DNA of 64,000 bases, taken from NCBI GenBank assembly GCA_002189035.1, contig NEEC01000012.1, positions 434,001 through 498,000 on the forward strand, in the 5' to 3' direction. Numbering within the stretch: position 1 is the first letter of the stretch; the number at the start of each line of letters is the position of its first letter. Made by a program: the position numbers and the translations under genes. This document shows, in pieces, positions 47,655 to 59,472 of the stretch. The DNA comes from Utricularia gibba. Taxonomy: Eukaryota > Plantae > Magnoliophyta. The notes beneath the pieces are model-generated. The model saw only the letters and a list, made by a program, of their open reading frames with translations, searched no databases and was not told the DNA's origin.

Positions 47655-49577
47655 ATGGATTCTTTCTTCAAGCAGCGCTTCAACGCCGCCAAATGGTGAA
47701 CGCTTTGATTCGATCTGGATTTTGATCTGTTCGTGAATGATGCTGATCATAGGGTTCTGTGCGTGTAATTGAATTGAGGGTTTTGATCTTGCGGTGTTTT
47801 GGGGGTAGGGGAGGATAGAATGGACCTGAGGCTTCTTTTCAGCCTGGAAGTGTTTGATATGGGTAAAAGAAGAAATTTAATGCCGATAGCGCGATCAAGT
47901 TGGGTTGTTTGCTATGAAGTGTTCTGGTGTTTAATGGCGATGTTGGGGATGGCTTACTCACTTTCGTTCTCTTTCCCTGAAATTACAGCAAAACGTTGCT
48001 CAAGCTTAGCATTCCCCGGATCAAGTTACTGAGAAATAGGAGAGACATCCAGGTTAAGCAGATGAGAAAAGAGATCGCCAAGCTCCTTGAAACTGGCCAA
48101 GAAGCCACTGCTCGGATTCGGGTAGTGTGAATGCACAAAGGATCATCGTTCATTCTTAAAAGCCTGTTGATATTCATACCGTTTTTTGCGTTATCAGGTT
48201 GAGCACATAATACGTGAGGAGAAGATGATGGCTGCTCAAGAAATTGTTGAGCTCTTTTGTGAGCTTATTGCTGTGCGGCTTCCGATCATCGAGGCACAAA
48301 AGTATGTTCGATAGCCATTGATATATTTCAATTCTTCTTGGTAGCCAATGACATTTTTATTGCCTGTGATCAGGGAATGCCCTTTGGATCTGAAGGAAGC
48401 CATTTCGAGTGTCTGCTTTGCAGCGCCAAGGTGTGCTGATCTTCCAGAGTTGCTGCAGGTGCAGATGCTGTTTTCTGGTAAATACGGTAAAGAGTTTGTG
48501 GCCGCGGCCACCGAGCTTATGCCGGAGTGCGGTGTAAATCGACAGGTCAGGCATGGTGTAGCAATGCCATCAGCATATGGAACTTGTGCTTCATCTCACT
48601 TCAGCATCTCTTCAACTTACACGTATTATTACGTTGAAATGATAGTTGGTAGAGCTTTTGTCGATTCGCGCTCCAGCTCCTGATGTCAAATTGAAGCTGT
48701 TAAGGGACATCGCGGAAGAGCATGGGCTGGATTGGGATCCAAGCGCCAGTGAGCATGAGCTTTCAAAGAAGCATGAAGACTTGCTGGTAAGATTAGATCC
48801 CTTGGTTATCGCCATTTTATTATCGGGTGTGATTTTTCTATTTCCATGATTCTGCAGAGTGGCCCAGCACAGTTTACTAGCGGCTCTAAACTCCCTCTTC
48901 CTACAGAGAGACATGAAGAGGCAATACAAACTTCTACTCCTGAACCGGAGGTGACTGATGATTTCGACATTGTAGATTTTGCAGAAGTGCCTAACTCGCC
49001 GTCGTTGAAGACCAATAAGGGAAACATCTCAATTCCAGAGATGCTCCCGTTTCCTGCCTCCGCTCTATCTGAAGATGATATTGAGGAATCAAATCCTACT
49101 GCAGCTGACAATGCAGTCCTGGAGAAATCAGGAGGGGAGCTCTTTGTGCCACCCGAAACTCCTCAGCCACCATTTTCCGAGGAAAGCTCTGCCCCAGTTG
49201 CGTCAAACGCAGGCATAGATCTGCAGGATGTGTTGGCTGCTGCTCAGGCAGCTGCCGAGGCTGCTGAGCGCGCTGCAGCAGCCGCTCGATCAGCTGCCAG
49301 TATCGCCCAGCTTCGCATCACTGAGCTCGTCAATAGGGAGAAGGATGAAGTCCCAGCACCTGCCCAGGGGAGTGCGTCTTCCCCATCTCCAGACACTGTC
49401 TTCGTCAATGGTGGCGCGCATCAGCTGCCTTCACAGTATGACCCTGCGGCGGCGGAGTATTATTCGTCTTCACCGAGCGGTGATCGTCATCGCCAGCCTC
49501 CCCTGAACGAAGAATCGTTCTTCTCATATCCGAATCTGTTCCCAGCCAGTGGCGCGGACCTCAGCAGCCGGACGTAG
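47655..49577 (+). CDS. ISTL1: IST1-like ESCRT-III-associated protein
   Basis: Exon 1 MDSFFKQRFNAAKC (47655-47695), exon 2 from 47989 KTLLKLSIPRIKLLRNRR; ECPLDLKEAISSVCFAAPRC; last exon to TAG 49577. Confidence 0.93.
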
Positions 49578-49867
49578 ATTTGTGTGTACGGTCATCAGCG
49601 AACGTGGCCCTGGGTGTATGGCCATGTATAAGCTGTAAGAAGCTGGGTATTAGTTGTGTAGAGTATGAAACAGACTTGGAATTTTGAGAAGAATTGTAAA
49701 ACTTGTTGTGGAATATATGAAAGTTTTTACTTTTACATACAGAATGTTACACTAATATTTATAGATACAAATATGATTGTTGGTCTTCTTGAGTTAGCCA
49801 TTGAAGTTATTTTTGATCTTTTTGTAGATCTAGTTTGATAGATTTGTTATAATTAATGATTGTTAAA

Positions 49868-49896
49868 ATTATTATTATTATTATTATTATTATTAT
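49868..49896. repeat. (ATT)n microsatellite
   Basis: About 9 ATT units. Confidence 0.85.
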
Positions 49897-50539
49897 CATC
49901 ATAAATAATGATTTCATTGTTTATAAATTAGTTATCTTTGATAACATTGTTATTGTTATGATTATTATTGTTTAGAATTAAATTATATTTGACAGTTTGT
50001 TGTTAAATTAAATATATTATATATTATTTCATTTTTATACCTTATTTAATAATAATGATACATTAATATCTTTCATTTTTTCCTTTGAAACACTTTTCTC
50101 GCTTTTCTTATATTGGAATCCAAAATAGGGAACATGATTTATACAATCATTTCACTAGGAAATATAAACACTGTGTGGAAGTGTAGAAATACATCAATAT
50201 ATATTGCATCGTTTCTGTTTAGATTGTAAAATGTGTTTTTTAGCATTTAGATTCAAGTATCCTATTTATTTTCTATTTTGAAGTTTCTTTTTGTTTGGTT
50301 TTGTTTCATAAATCATGTTCATTGTTCATCTTGATTTTTTTTTATTTCAACATGTGTAGTTGTTTAGCTTTGTATCGATTTGATGAGTATTAATATGATT
50401 ATGTTGTGATTTTTTTTTTGTTATGATTTTTTTGATTTGGTTTTTTTGAGTTATTGTTTTATTTAGTTTTTATCTATTGTTTCAATATATCATCCAAGCT
50501 ATTATTATGGTCATTTTTTTTGTACTTAAGTCCTGACCA

Positions 50540-51404
50540 AAAATCAACCAATGAGGGGTGGGAAAAAAAACACAAGATTTTGCAGAAGCTTCATGGGCTC
50601 GTTGCAATTGGAATTTTCTTGAAGAAATAGTAACCAAATGATAGAGATTGAAAAGTGAATGGAAGCCAATATACTTAAATGCACTTGAGTAAACTCTTTG
50701 GAAAAAGAAAAAGAGCACAACCATATATACATTTCAAGTTGGCGACTTTCAAAAGTACAATATGTTAGTGGATTTCTTAATCAAATTGGGTACCAGCTTC
50801 AACAACATAACAAAGACTGAATTATGGGCCAAATTGAAGGAGGAATACTGATTTTAATTATGGTTCATTGCTATTGATATTTCACATCTATATTTTATAA
50901 ATTGGTTTATATAACTTTTTAAAAGTACAATGAATCAATGCATAACATCATAAGGAGCAAATCATGGCCCTACTACCAGGATTTGATTGAAATATTTGGT
51001 AAAGATGGACCAACTGACAATTTTCAAGAGCTTGGTAATGTTTTTAATTTAAGTATTAACATCTTCTTATGGGCTTCAATCACCATTACATTTGAAATCT
51101 TTGGTCCAAATGGAACCTTTTGCAAACCCTAGAATTGACTTTCCCCAAATCGCATAGGTAGAAAAAAACGCAAAAGAATAGATGACAAAAAAGAAGATGT
51201 ATGTAGGTTGAAGAGAAGGTTAATTTGGTAAAGTCACATGATGGGAATAGTTAAAGTAAGGGGGTGGCTACTTTATATAAACCTACCCACAAGGGTTTAT
51301 CAAATTCGTGAATAAACTAAGGATACATAAATACATAAACCAAACATAGTAATATCTAATACCTATTAATTAATCCCCCCTTATACCTCCAATTAAACAC
51401 TGCC
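50540..51404 (+). mobile_element. PIF/Harbinger remnant (degenerate Myb/SANT ORF and right terminus)
   Basis: Fragments PYIHFKLATFK, TSFNNITKTELWAK and RSKSWPYYQDLIEIFGKD resemble the Harbinger Myb/SANT protein; terminus CCAATTAAACACTGCC|TAA at 51389-51407. Left TIR not found; left boundary approximate. Confidence 0.6.
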
Positions 51405-51699
51405 TAAAAGTTTTTGAAATTAATTTCTATTTCTTTAAGAGCAGTAATTTCCTTATTGAGATATACTTCTTCTATATTGATCTTTAAAAGAATTGAAAGT
51501 TATTCTTTTGTTTTCAAATCAATAGATAGAATGCCACTCAGATTCAAAGTTGTTTTTTTAGAATTCATCAATTTAAGTAGTGGTTCAAGATGCATGCTCT
51601 GACTGGTCAAATTGGTTTCAGGTTCATCATTTGGAAAAAGATAGAAAATATCAGTACATAAAGATCCTTCTAGTATGTTTGATGTTTTTGAATGTCAAT

Positions 51700-52800
51700 C
51701 CTAACTTTTGGATTTATCCATGATATACATGAAATACATTCATAGTGGCCTTGTTATCAAGTTTAGTTCTTTTTTACTTTAGAATATGAATGTAGCAAAG
51801 GGAACTAAAAACCTTAAGATGGTTTAGATTTGAAGTTTTATTAAATTAGAGTTCATATGGAGACTTACCATCTTTAGATCCTTTTGAGGCAACCTATTAA
51901 ACAAATGAACAATAGTATTTACAATGTAAGTTGAAGCAAAGTGGAACATTTTTTCTTATAGTAAGTAGCGAGTTATATTCATAATTGTAATGTTTTTTCT
52001 TTCATATATACATTTTGTTTTGGAGAGTAGAGAGCAATAAAGTAACGAACAATTCCTTGTATGTTATAGAGTATTTCAAGGTTTATAGAAATATATTATT
52101 CACCATTATTATATTGAATGTAAGTATCATTTTGCTATTTTGTATTGTAGGTATAGCTTTGGATTGCATGAAATAGTGATAAACATCTGATTTTTTCTTT
52201 AAGATATAAATACAAGTATACTATGTGTTTGTCGATAAATATGACATAATATTTGTTTCCACCTCTGGTTGCTATACTCAGATATCTTGAAACGTTAGCA
52301 GGTATCTCATCATGCAACATTTCAGATATACATTCAGTCAATCTTTTTCTCTTGAGAGATAGAATGGATGCATAATATTGATGACGTGGTCTCTTGTACC
52401 ATAGTGTTGACTATTTAGATAAACGAAGATTCTTAGGTTTCTATTGATCAGAAAAAATACAAAGGAAATATTCTATTGATTATAGAAGTAGTAAATATAA
52501 TATTCTTGTTAGAGTCTCGAATAGTACACTCATTGTTTTCCAAGTAGATTTTGAATCCATTTTTCAGTAATAACTTGGTACGTAATAGATTATGGATTAT
52601 ATCTAGGATATAATATACATTATTGATCTTTATTAGTTTGTGTGTAGTCTCTAGGCATAACATTCTCAATCCTTCTACAGGTATGAGTTTACTATATGCT
52701 ACTTTAATGAACTTTCTTATTATAGGCGAATCAATAGTGAAGTTGCTGTGATTATTGGTCAAGTGGTGTGTAGATTTTGAATCCATTTTTCTCAAGTTAG
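51700..52800 (-). mobile_element. Ty1/Copia pol remnant (pre-integrase region and integrase), heavily decayed
   Basis: NVYYILDIIHNLL..LLLKNGFKIYLENNECTI; RGGNKYYVIFID; NRLPQKDL.GKSPYEL*FNKTSNLNHLKVFSSLCYIHI..TKLDNKA. No LTRs recognised; boundaries approximate. Confidence 0.8.
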
Positions 52801-52947
52801 TGAAGGTAATTATTAAGGTGTTCTGATATAAAATAGAAAGTTCAATGTGATTCTTATTTGATTCATAGGAAATAGATACATCATTTATATTGTAATTTAA
52901 TTTAATACCATTGTTTGTAAGATTTCCTCCAAAAACATATTATTTCT

Positions 52948-53187
52948 TCAGGGGACAAACTCGATCCACATGTCCTTTAAAGTTGTAGTAGACACTTGTA
53001 ATTTCAATTTAAACATATCATCGATAATTGTGTTATATATTATTTGTTTTTGTTCTGTCAATACACAATTCAATGTTGACATGTTCATTGTACTTGATAT
53101 TGTACCTTTTAATAACTTGTATGTATTCAGAATTAGAGACATGTCCAAATTAAATTCTACAAGGATTAATTTTGTGCTTATTGTCAT
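52948..53187 (-). mobile_element. Helitron RepHel/PIF1 helicase remnant
   Basis: KLILVEFNLD...LTEQKQIIYNTII resembles the recalled Helitron pattern N.LI..EL.YD...LT.EQK.IYD.II at the start of the helicase domain. Confidence 0.45.
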
Positions 53188-53750
53188 GTTTTTTCAAAGG
53201 ATTTCATATCAATTTGTACACACATGGTGAAAATTATTTACCTTATACCTCAATAATGCATATGACACATTGTGAACCGTACAAGTAACAAAATAGTATG
53301 ATACACTTTGATAAGCTATTATGATTCTTGAAAAATCAATTTATAATGTGTGTTGCATGTATTAAGCACACACAATTCGCATATAGTGAGAAAAATCGAT
53401 TTGCATGTATTAAGAGGCACATTAGATCATTTATAATACATAGAAAGTATTGATAATGGAGTTGGTTAGAGATTTTTGAGATATTAAGAGAACTAACAGT
53501 AGAATTGTGGTTGTTTCTCATAACACTCATGATTAGTGAGGCTTATTATGTATTTTGGATATTTAAATCTTGTATTGAAAAATATAAGCAATACTAGTCT
53601 ATCATTCAAGTTGATGAGACACACTTCCATGTTCGATACAATTACAAATTACTTATTATAGTTGCTACTGATATATGAAGACATTGTTTCCTAATTACTT
53701 ATGTCATTATAAATGAGGAATTAGATTGGATATGAATGACTTTTTAGAAA

Positions 53751-54481
53751 GTGAAAACTGCAAAACATGGCACTTATGTTTATTGATTTGATAATTTATG
53801 ACATATGTATTTTCTAACAGTAAATTTTACCACAAATCAAATTTATATTACAATTTATGTCATTTTATATAAAAAAAATATCAAAATCAACTGTATTTAT
53901 TTTTCGATTTAGTAATTTATGCCATACATTTTCAAAATCACAAAAATGATGAAAATTAGAGTATATAAACCTTACAAAATAAGGAAAAATAAATCAAATA
54001 TCTTTAAAAATCAACATTCATATTAGAAAATAAATTCAAAAACCAATTTATATAAATATAATAAAGTTTCAACAGCTATACAAATTCATTTATAATATAT
54101 ATTACATATTGTTATTGCCAAAAAAATAATCCATACAAAAATCTAAAAGTAAGAATGACAAAAAAACATAAAAAACTATTAGTATTATTGTTATTATTAT
54201 CAATGAAAAACAATAATTTTCATAAACAAAAAATATTTGTTAATATAAAAAACACCAATTAAAAAAATAAAAAGTACAATATTAAAAAGTACGAAATAGA
54301 CAAGAAATTTATTATCTTAATGGATTTAAAATTAAAAACACATGAATATATTAATTTTAATATAAAAAATGACATAAATTGCTTTATAAATTTGATTTGT
54401 GATAAAATTAACTGTTAAAAAATACATGTGACATAAATTACTAAATAAATAAACATAAGTGTCATGTTTTGCAGTTCCCCC
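53751..54481. mobile_element. Non-autonomous Mutator-like element (MULE-MITE), 731 bp
   Basis: About 130-bp terminal inverted repeats (GTGAAAACTGCAAAACATGGCACTTATG / CATAAGTGTCATGTTTTGCAGTTCCCCC) and a perfect 10-bp TSD TTTTTAGAAA at 53741-53750 and 54482-54491. Confidence 0.92.
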
Positions 54482-55069
54482 TTTTTAGAAATATTGCATG
54501 AGCATATCGTACATGATCATCACCCCACTTACATAATTAATAATCGAGGATACAGACTTTTGATTGTAGTGACATGCTATTGAGATTTTTGTTCCCTACA
54601 AATGACATCGTTTATGTCTCTATTGATCAAATCCACATTACAAAAGCAAGCATATTGATGGTTTGATATGGATTGTGAGAATTATAATGTATTTTCATGA
54701 ATTTGAATAATTAATAGGCACAATTCATCATGGAATATTAATATTTGATAGACATTTCCTTCTACATGTAGATATTAGCCCATCAAAGAGGAACATGGTA
54801 CAATTTCATTATATATTATTATGATTATTATGATTATTATTATGTTGCCATTTTTAGAGTTTAATATTGTTTTATACATAGAATATGAAAAAATATTTAA
54901 ACAGAAGCATTAAAAGAAAATCGAATACATATCCAAATCTTTTCAAAAAGAAAAAGAAAAAGAGAACCAGCCATACGCTTCCTTCCTCCTTTTCTCCTCC
55001 TGCAGGTCATCTCTCAGACGCCTTGCTCTCTTTTTTTAAATACCATCACCTAACCTGCAATGCCATTCA

Positions 55070-55330
55070 ATGGAGCACCCAACATCACAGCAGGAGAAGA
55101 TGGGTGGAAATGGCACTTGTCTCCCCTCTCCATGCTTCCACCGCTGTCTCCAATGCCTTGCACCTCTTCTCAAATGTCTTGGCTTGGTTTCCCATGAGGC
55201 TCCCACATTGGGCACGCAGGAGGTGCGACTGAGGACGAGACGGCCGCCGCGTCCTCCGGTCACCGGAGGACGGGGGGCTCAGACAAATTCAATCCCAGTC
55301 GACGGTGATACCAGTTCAAGACAAGTTTGA
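55070..55330 (+). CDS. PROPEP: Plant elicitor peptide precursor (PROPEP-like), 86 aa
   Basis: No signal peptide; SPCFHRCLQCLAPLLKCLGL N-terminal motif; Pep-like EVRLRTRRPPRPPVTGGRGAQTN at 55220-55288. Confidence 0.8.
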   Translation: MEHPTSQQEKMGGNGTCLPSPCFHRCLQCLAPLLKCLGLVSHEAPTLGTQEVRLRTRRPPRPPVTGGRGAQTNSIPVDGDTSSRQV

Positions 55331-57122
55331 TTTCCATGAACTGTCCGTCTGATCCATCTTTCTGCTTAAAAAAAATAAAAAACAGCTTTTTCTCTGTAGC
55401 ATACAGATTTCCAGTGCGAGATTTTCCATTTGACCTATCGGCTTTGCTCATTTATGATGTATACAAGTGGCAAACGAGGGAGAACTACGCACATCAAGAA
55501 AACACATTTTGCATTTCAATCTTGTATTCTTACCCACACAACCAAAGGTTTCTCATTTGACATTCTTTGAACCTTAATAATCGAGCGCAGTTCAGATCCA
55601 TAGCACAAAAGAGCTGAGTATTTATGTCTTGGTTCTGTTCCTCCGGTGAGAATAAGGATACTTCAACAAGACGAGCATGCACAAGTCTTCTGTACTTCCC
55701 TCTACCGCTATGGAATCCTTCTGAAGAGCTCACACACACAGAATAATGGTGGGGTTCGGGCCACATTCATGATATGTAAATAGGATCCGACAAAGCATTG
55801 AAATCATTCATGAATCTGGATCGAAACTTTTTAAAAAATAAACATTATTATTTACATGAAATGACTCTATTAATCCGGTTTAATCCATGATTTTGAAATA
55901 TTAGGGTTTCAGGTGTATAAAAAGAAGATGGTACGAGGAGTAGGAGGAGCCATACAATTTTGAATGGTGAATTTAAAACCGAGGATGGTTGCTTATAGGT
56001 GTGGGCGTGTGGTGTTTGCTGGTAGGTTGGAGGTACAACTTAACTACTTCTGCAAGAATGAATGAATGAATGGAGAGTATGTTATTAATCAGGATTAAAT
56101 GTCCATACTTTGAGTAACAGCTTCTGCTCCAAGCCCATGCCGCCATTGCCATGAACCCTGGCTCTCTGTTCCTTTCCTGGGTTCATATATTTCCCTCCCA
56201 TGGAGCCACCCATTCACTGCAAAGATCTCCTTGTCCTTTTCCGAGAAATTATGCTGTGTCCTAAAAGGCAAATAATTTCTACAAAAAAGCAATGAAAATG
56301 GGGACCATCTTTTTAACTCTTAGTCCTACTACCGTCATCAGCTAGTCTCGCCAGAGGAAAACGATAACCCAGATTCATGGTTATGTTCACATCTCACAAC
56401 AAATAGCTTCGTTGACAGCGATTTTGCAGGTGGGCTTTCGTGTTCTTCCATCTTTTTGTTCAGTGAAGCGCAATTTTCATGTGGGTTGTGGTGGATTGGC
56501 TGCTTTTGTTTCACATTCACCTGGGAATGGAACCGAGACTTGTTGCCGGGGTTTGAGATCAGAGTGTTGCTCAAAGATGGAACCTTTTTCTATTCATCCA
56601 GTCGCTTAGATCCATCCCCAGTTTAAAATGTATTCAAGTGAATTGGAATTGTGAAAGTGCGCATGATCTCCTTTATTTGCGTAGTCACTGCTGCTTCTAC
56701 TTGGCTTTGGCACTGTTCTTTTCGATTGCGGAGTTTGGCATTTTATGATTTCTCTTTTACCGATCGATAGACTGACGGTTCAAAATTCCGAATCTCGCAT
56801 CTGCAGTATGTTAAAGTTTTCGCTTTTCAATTTTTATCGCGTTTTTACTTTCCCTCTATAATTCTTCATTTTTTGCTGATGGAGTCTGGATCAAGTTGGG
56901 TATAAACTCACACTGAATGGAGAACTCGGGCTATGCCCTCTGATTGCGTTATGAGGAACTTTTTTCTGAATAGTTTGCATCTGATTCAGTTACTTGTGTT
57001 CTTGTTCAGAACCTGGGTGTCTTTTTGTTTTTCTTTTTCCAGTTAAGACTACTCCAGTTTCAGAAGAAAGTGATCCAGTTTGAAGCGGGAGGACGCACAA
57101 TAAGCTCCTTTCACTCATCTAG

Positions 57123-59151
57123 ATGGATAAACTATCCTCTGATTGCCCATTTCCTGGATGCTTCTTCTGCGTCATGAAGGAAGGGAATCCGAACAAACGA
57201 CGGACGAGCTTGCTGAAGTTCTTCAGGGAGCTTCCTTCGCAGGATGATGACGGCCAAGTTCTTCCGATAAGTGGTCTTTGGAACACCGCCATGGCTCATC
57301 CCAATGATCCTGAGTTCATAGAGCTCGGAATCTTCGAGTGCATGGCAGCACTGATTTGGAAGGGGTTGAAGAACCGGAGATGGCTTTCCCATGACCAGAA
57401 CGTCTACATTCCCTACTACGCAGCTCACATCATTGGATCATACACAATGAACATGGAGGAGTTTGCCCAAATGGCTGTTCATGCTGGAGTCATCCCTCCC
57501 TTGGTTGAACTCCTGAGAGGAAGACTGACTTGGGTTGAACAGAGAGTGGCTGTTCGTGCTCTCGGCCACTTAGCCACGTACGCCACCACGTTTCCTGCCG
57601 TTGCAAGCCATGGGGAGATCCTGGAGCTGTCGATGCAGCTTGCCATGAGCTCTCTGGAAATCGTGTACACTCACTTCTACCAGTATGTAGACAGGAGACT
57701 CAGTTACCACTGTGACCTTCTAACCCGTGGCATGGGAGGCGTTGAAATGGAGTCCCGGAAGGCGGAGGAATGGGCCAGCCAGCTCCAGTGCTGGTCCCTT
57801 CAGCTCATCAACTGCTTTGCCTTCAAACCTGAGTTCATTCCACCATATGCAAACAAGAGTTTCTTGTGAAGCTTCCAGGCATGTGGGGTGGGCTTGTAAA
57901 CGAGAATTCTCCTGCTGGTATCGGACTCCTACGCACCATTTGCCATCTCAAGGCAGGAAGAGGACCCGTTGCTAGCTGCACTGGTGTTATCGACTCACTG
58001 TGTAACATCGCCCGATCTTCCGACGACTGGCAATACATGGCGATTGATTGTCTTCTTTGGTTGCTGCAAGACCCGGCAACTTGTCACAAGGTAGGGAGTT
58101 TCTTCTTTCCGTCAGCTTTTCTCAAGGCTGCTTGCTGTTTCTTAGTCTTCGACCAATGCAGGTTAGTGAGAGGGTCGTCCCTGCGCTAATGGATCTTGCA
58201 GAGATAACGACACTTGGTGACCGTAAAAAGCTCGGTGATTCGATTATGGATACGTTTGAAGAACTCATTGAGTCATCATCATCAGCTACTACATCCCAAC
58301 ACTTGATCAGCAGTGGAATCAAAGACGAGGTGGAGGAGCTCATCTCATCTCGGAAGCGATTGAAATGGGAGAAGACGATGCCTAAGGAGGATCTCCACAT
58401 CAAGCATGCTGCAGCTCTGGTCGTAAAACTGGAAGGGAATTCGCTTTTTTCATCTGGGGACATCACCGGCGCGGCGGCGAAGTACTCCGAGGCACTGGCC
58501 CTGTGTCCGATGAGATCAAAGAAGGAAAGGGTAGTATTGTACAGCAACCGTGCTCAGTGCCATCTTCTGTTGCAGCAGCCATTGGCCGCCATAAGCGATG
58601 CCACTCGAGCGCTCTCTCTTCACAACCCGATAAACCGCCATGCCCGGAGCCTGTGGAGGCGAGCGCAGGCGTATGACATTCTTGGATTAGCGAAGGAGAG
58701 TCTGCTGGATGCTATCATGTTCATCAACGAATTCTCACAGTCGAATGACCCTGATCTCTCCCTGCGGCAGAACAAGGTTCCGGTTTACGCCGAACGCCTG
58801 GTGAAGAAGCAAATGCGAGCGGCGTGGTTGTTCAGAGAAGCTGCAGTGAAGCATGGCGGCGTTCAGTGTGAAGGTGATGTTTATGGAGAAGAGAGCGATG
58901 ATTCCGAATGGGAAACTGCTAGTGAAAGCGAGATTGGAAAGGGTGATAATGATGAAGATGATGATGAAGAAGAAGAGGAGGAGGAGGAGGAGGATGTTGA
59001 GGACTTTGAAAGGAACGCCAGGCACAGTAAAGCTTCAAACAGAGGTATCCATCTCCTTCACAGCACCCCATGTTTCAAAACCATAACTTTTCCTTTATGA
59101 AATGCAGAGGCGAGAAGAAGGCACGCCTACAACTCAAGAGAAGAAGCCTGA
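57123..59151 (+). CDS. ARM-repeat/TPR protein, exons 57123-58090, 58162-59044, 59108-59151; apparent 1-nt frameshift near 57840
   Basis: DCPFPGCFFCVMKEGNP, ISGLWNTAMAHPNDPEFIELGIFECM, TPR segment KLEGNSLFSSGDITGAAAKYSEAL, acidic D/E tract. Confidence 0.9.
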
Positions 59152-59472
59152 GAATTGGTGTTGTTGTCCAGTTCCTACAAATATACACAGAACACATAAG
59201 AGAGCGGGTGCCTGAGTGAAAAGACGATGACTTTTGCCTGATTGTGAAGTTGAAGTTTTTGCTTGTTATATCACATGGTTTACATTAAATTCTTTTTTGT
59301 GAGTGCGTGGATCCAGTCCAGTAGAAGAGGAAATGCTGTACGCTGTCGTCTACAGTAAAACAAATCATCTGCTTCTGCGGCAGCAGTTCTGTTTGAACTC
59401 TAGAGGCTCTCATGTTGCTATAAAAATGTTACTATAAATAAAATAGAAGGGGAACAGAAGTAACTAACTGGT

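Noticed and set aside
51881-51898. 18-nt match CTTTTGAGGCAACCTATT shared with an ACC1 exon near 43880
   Set aside because: On the minus strand it encodes NRLPQK of the Copia integrase, so it is coincidence rather than gene capture.
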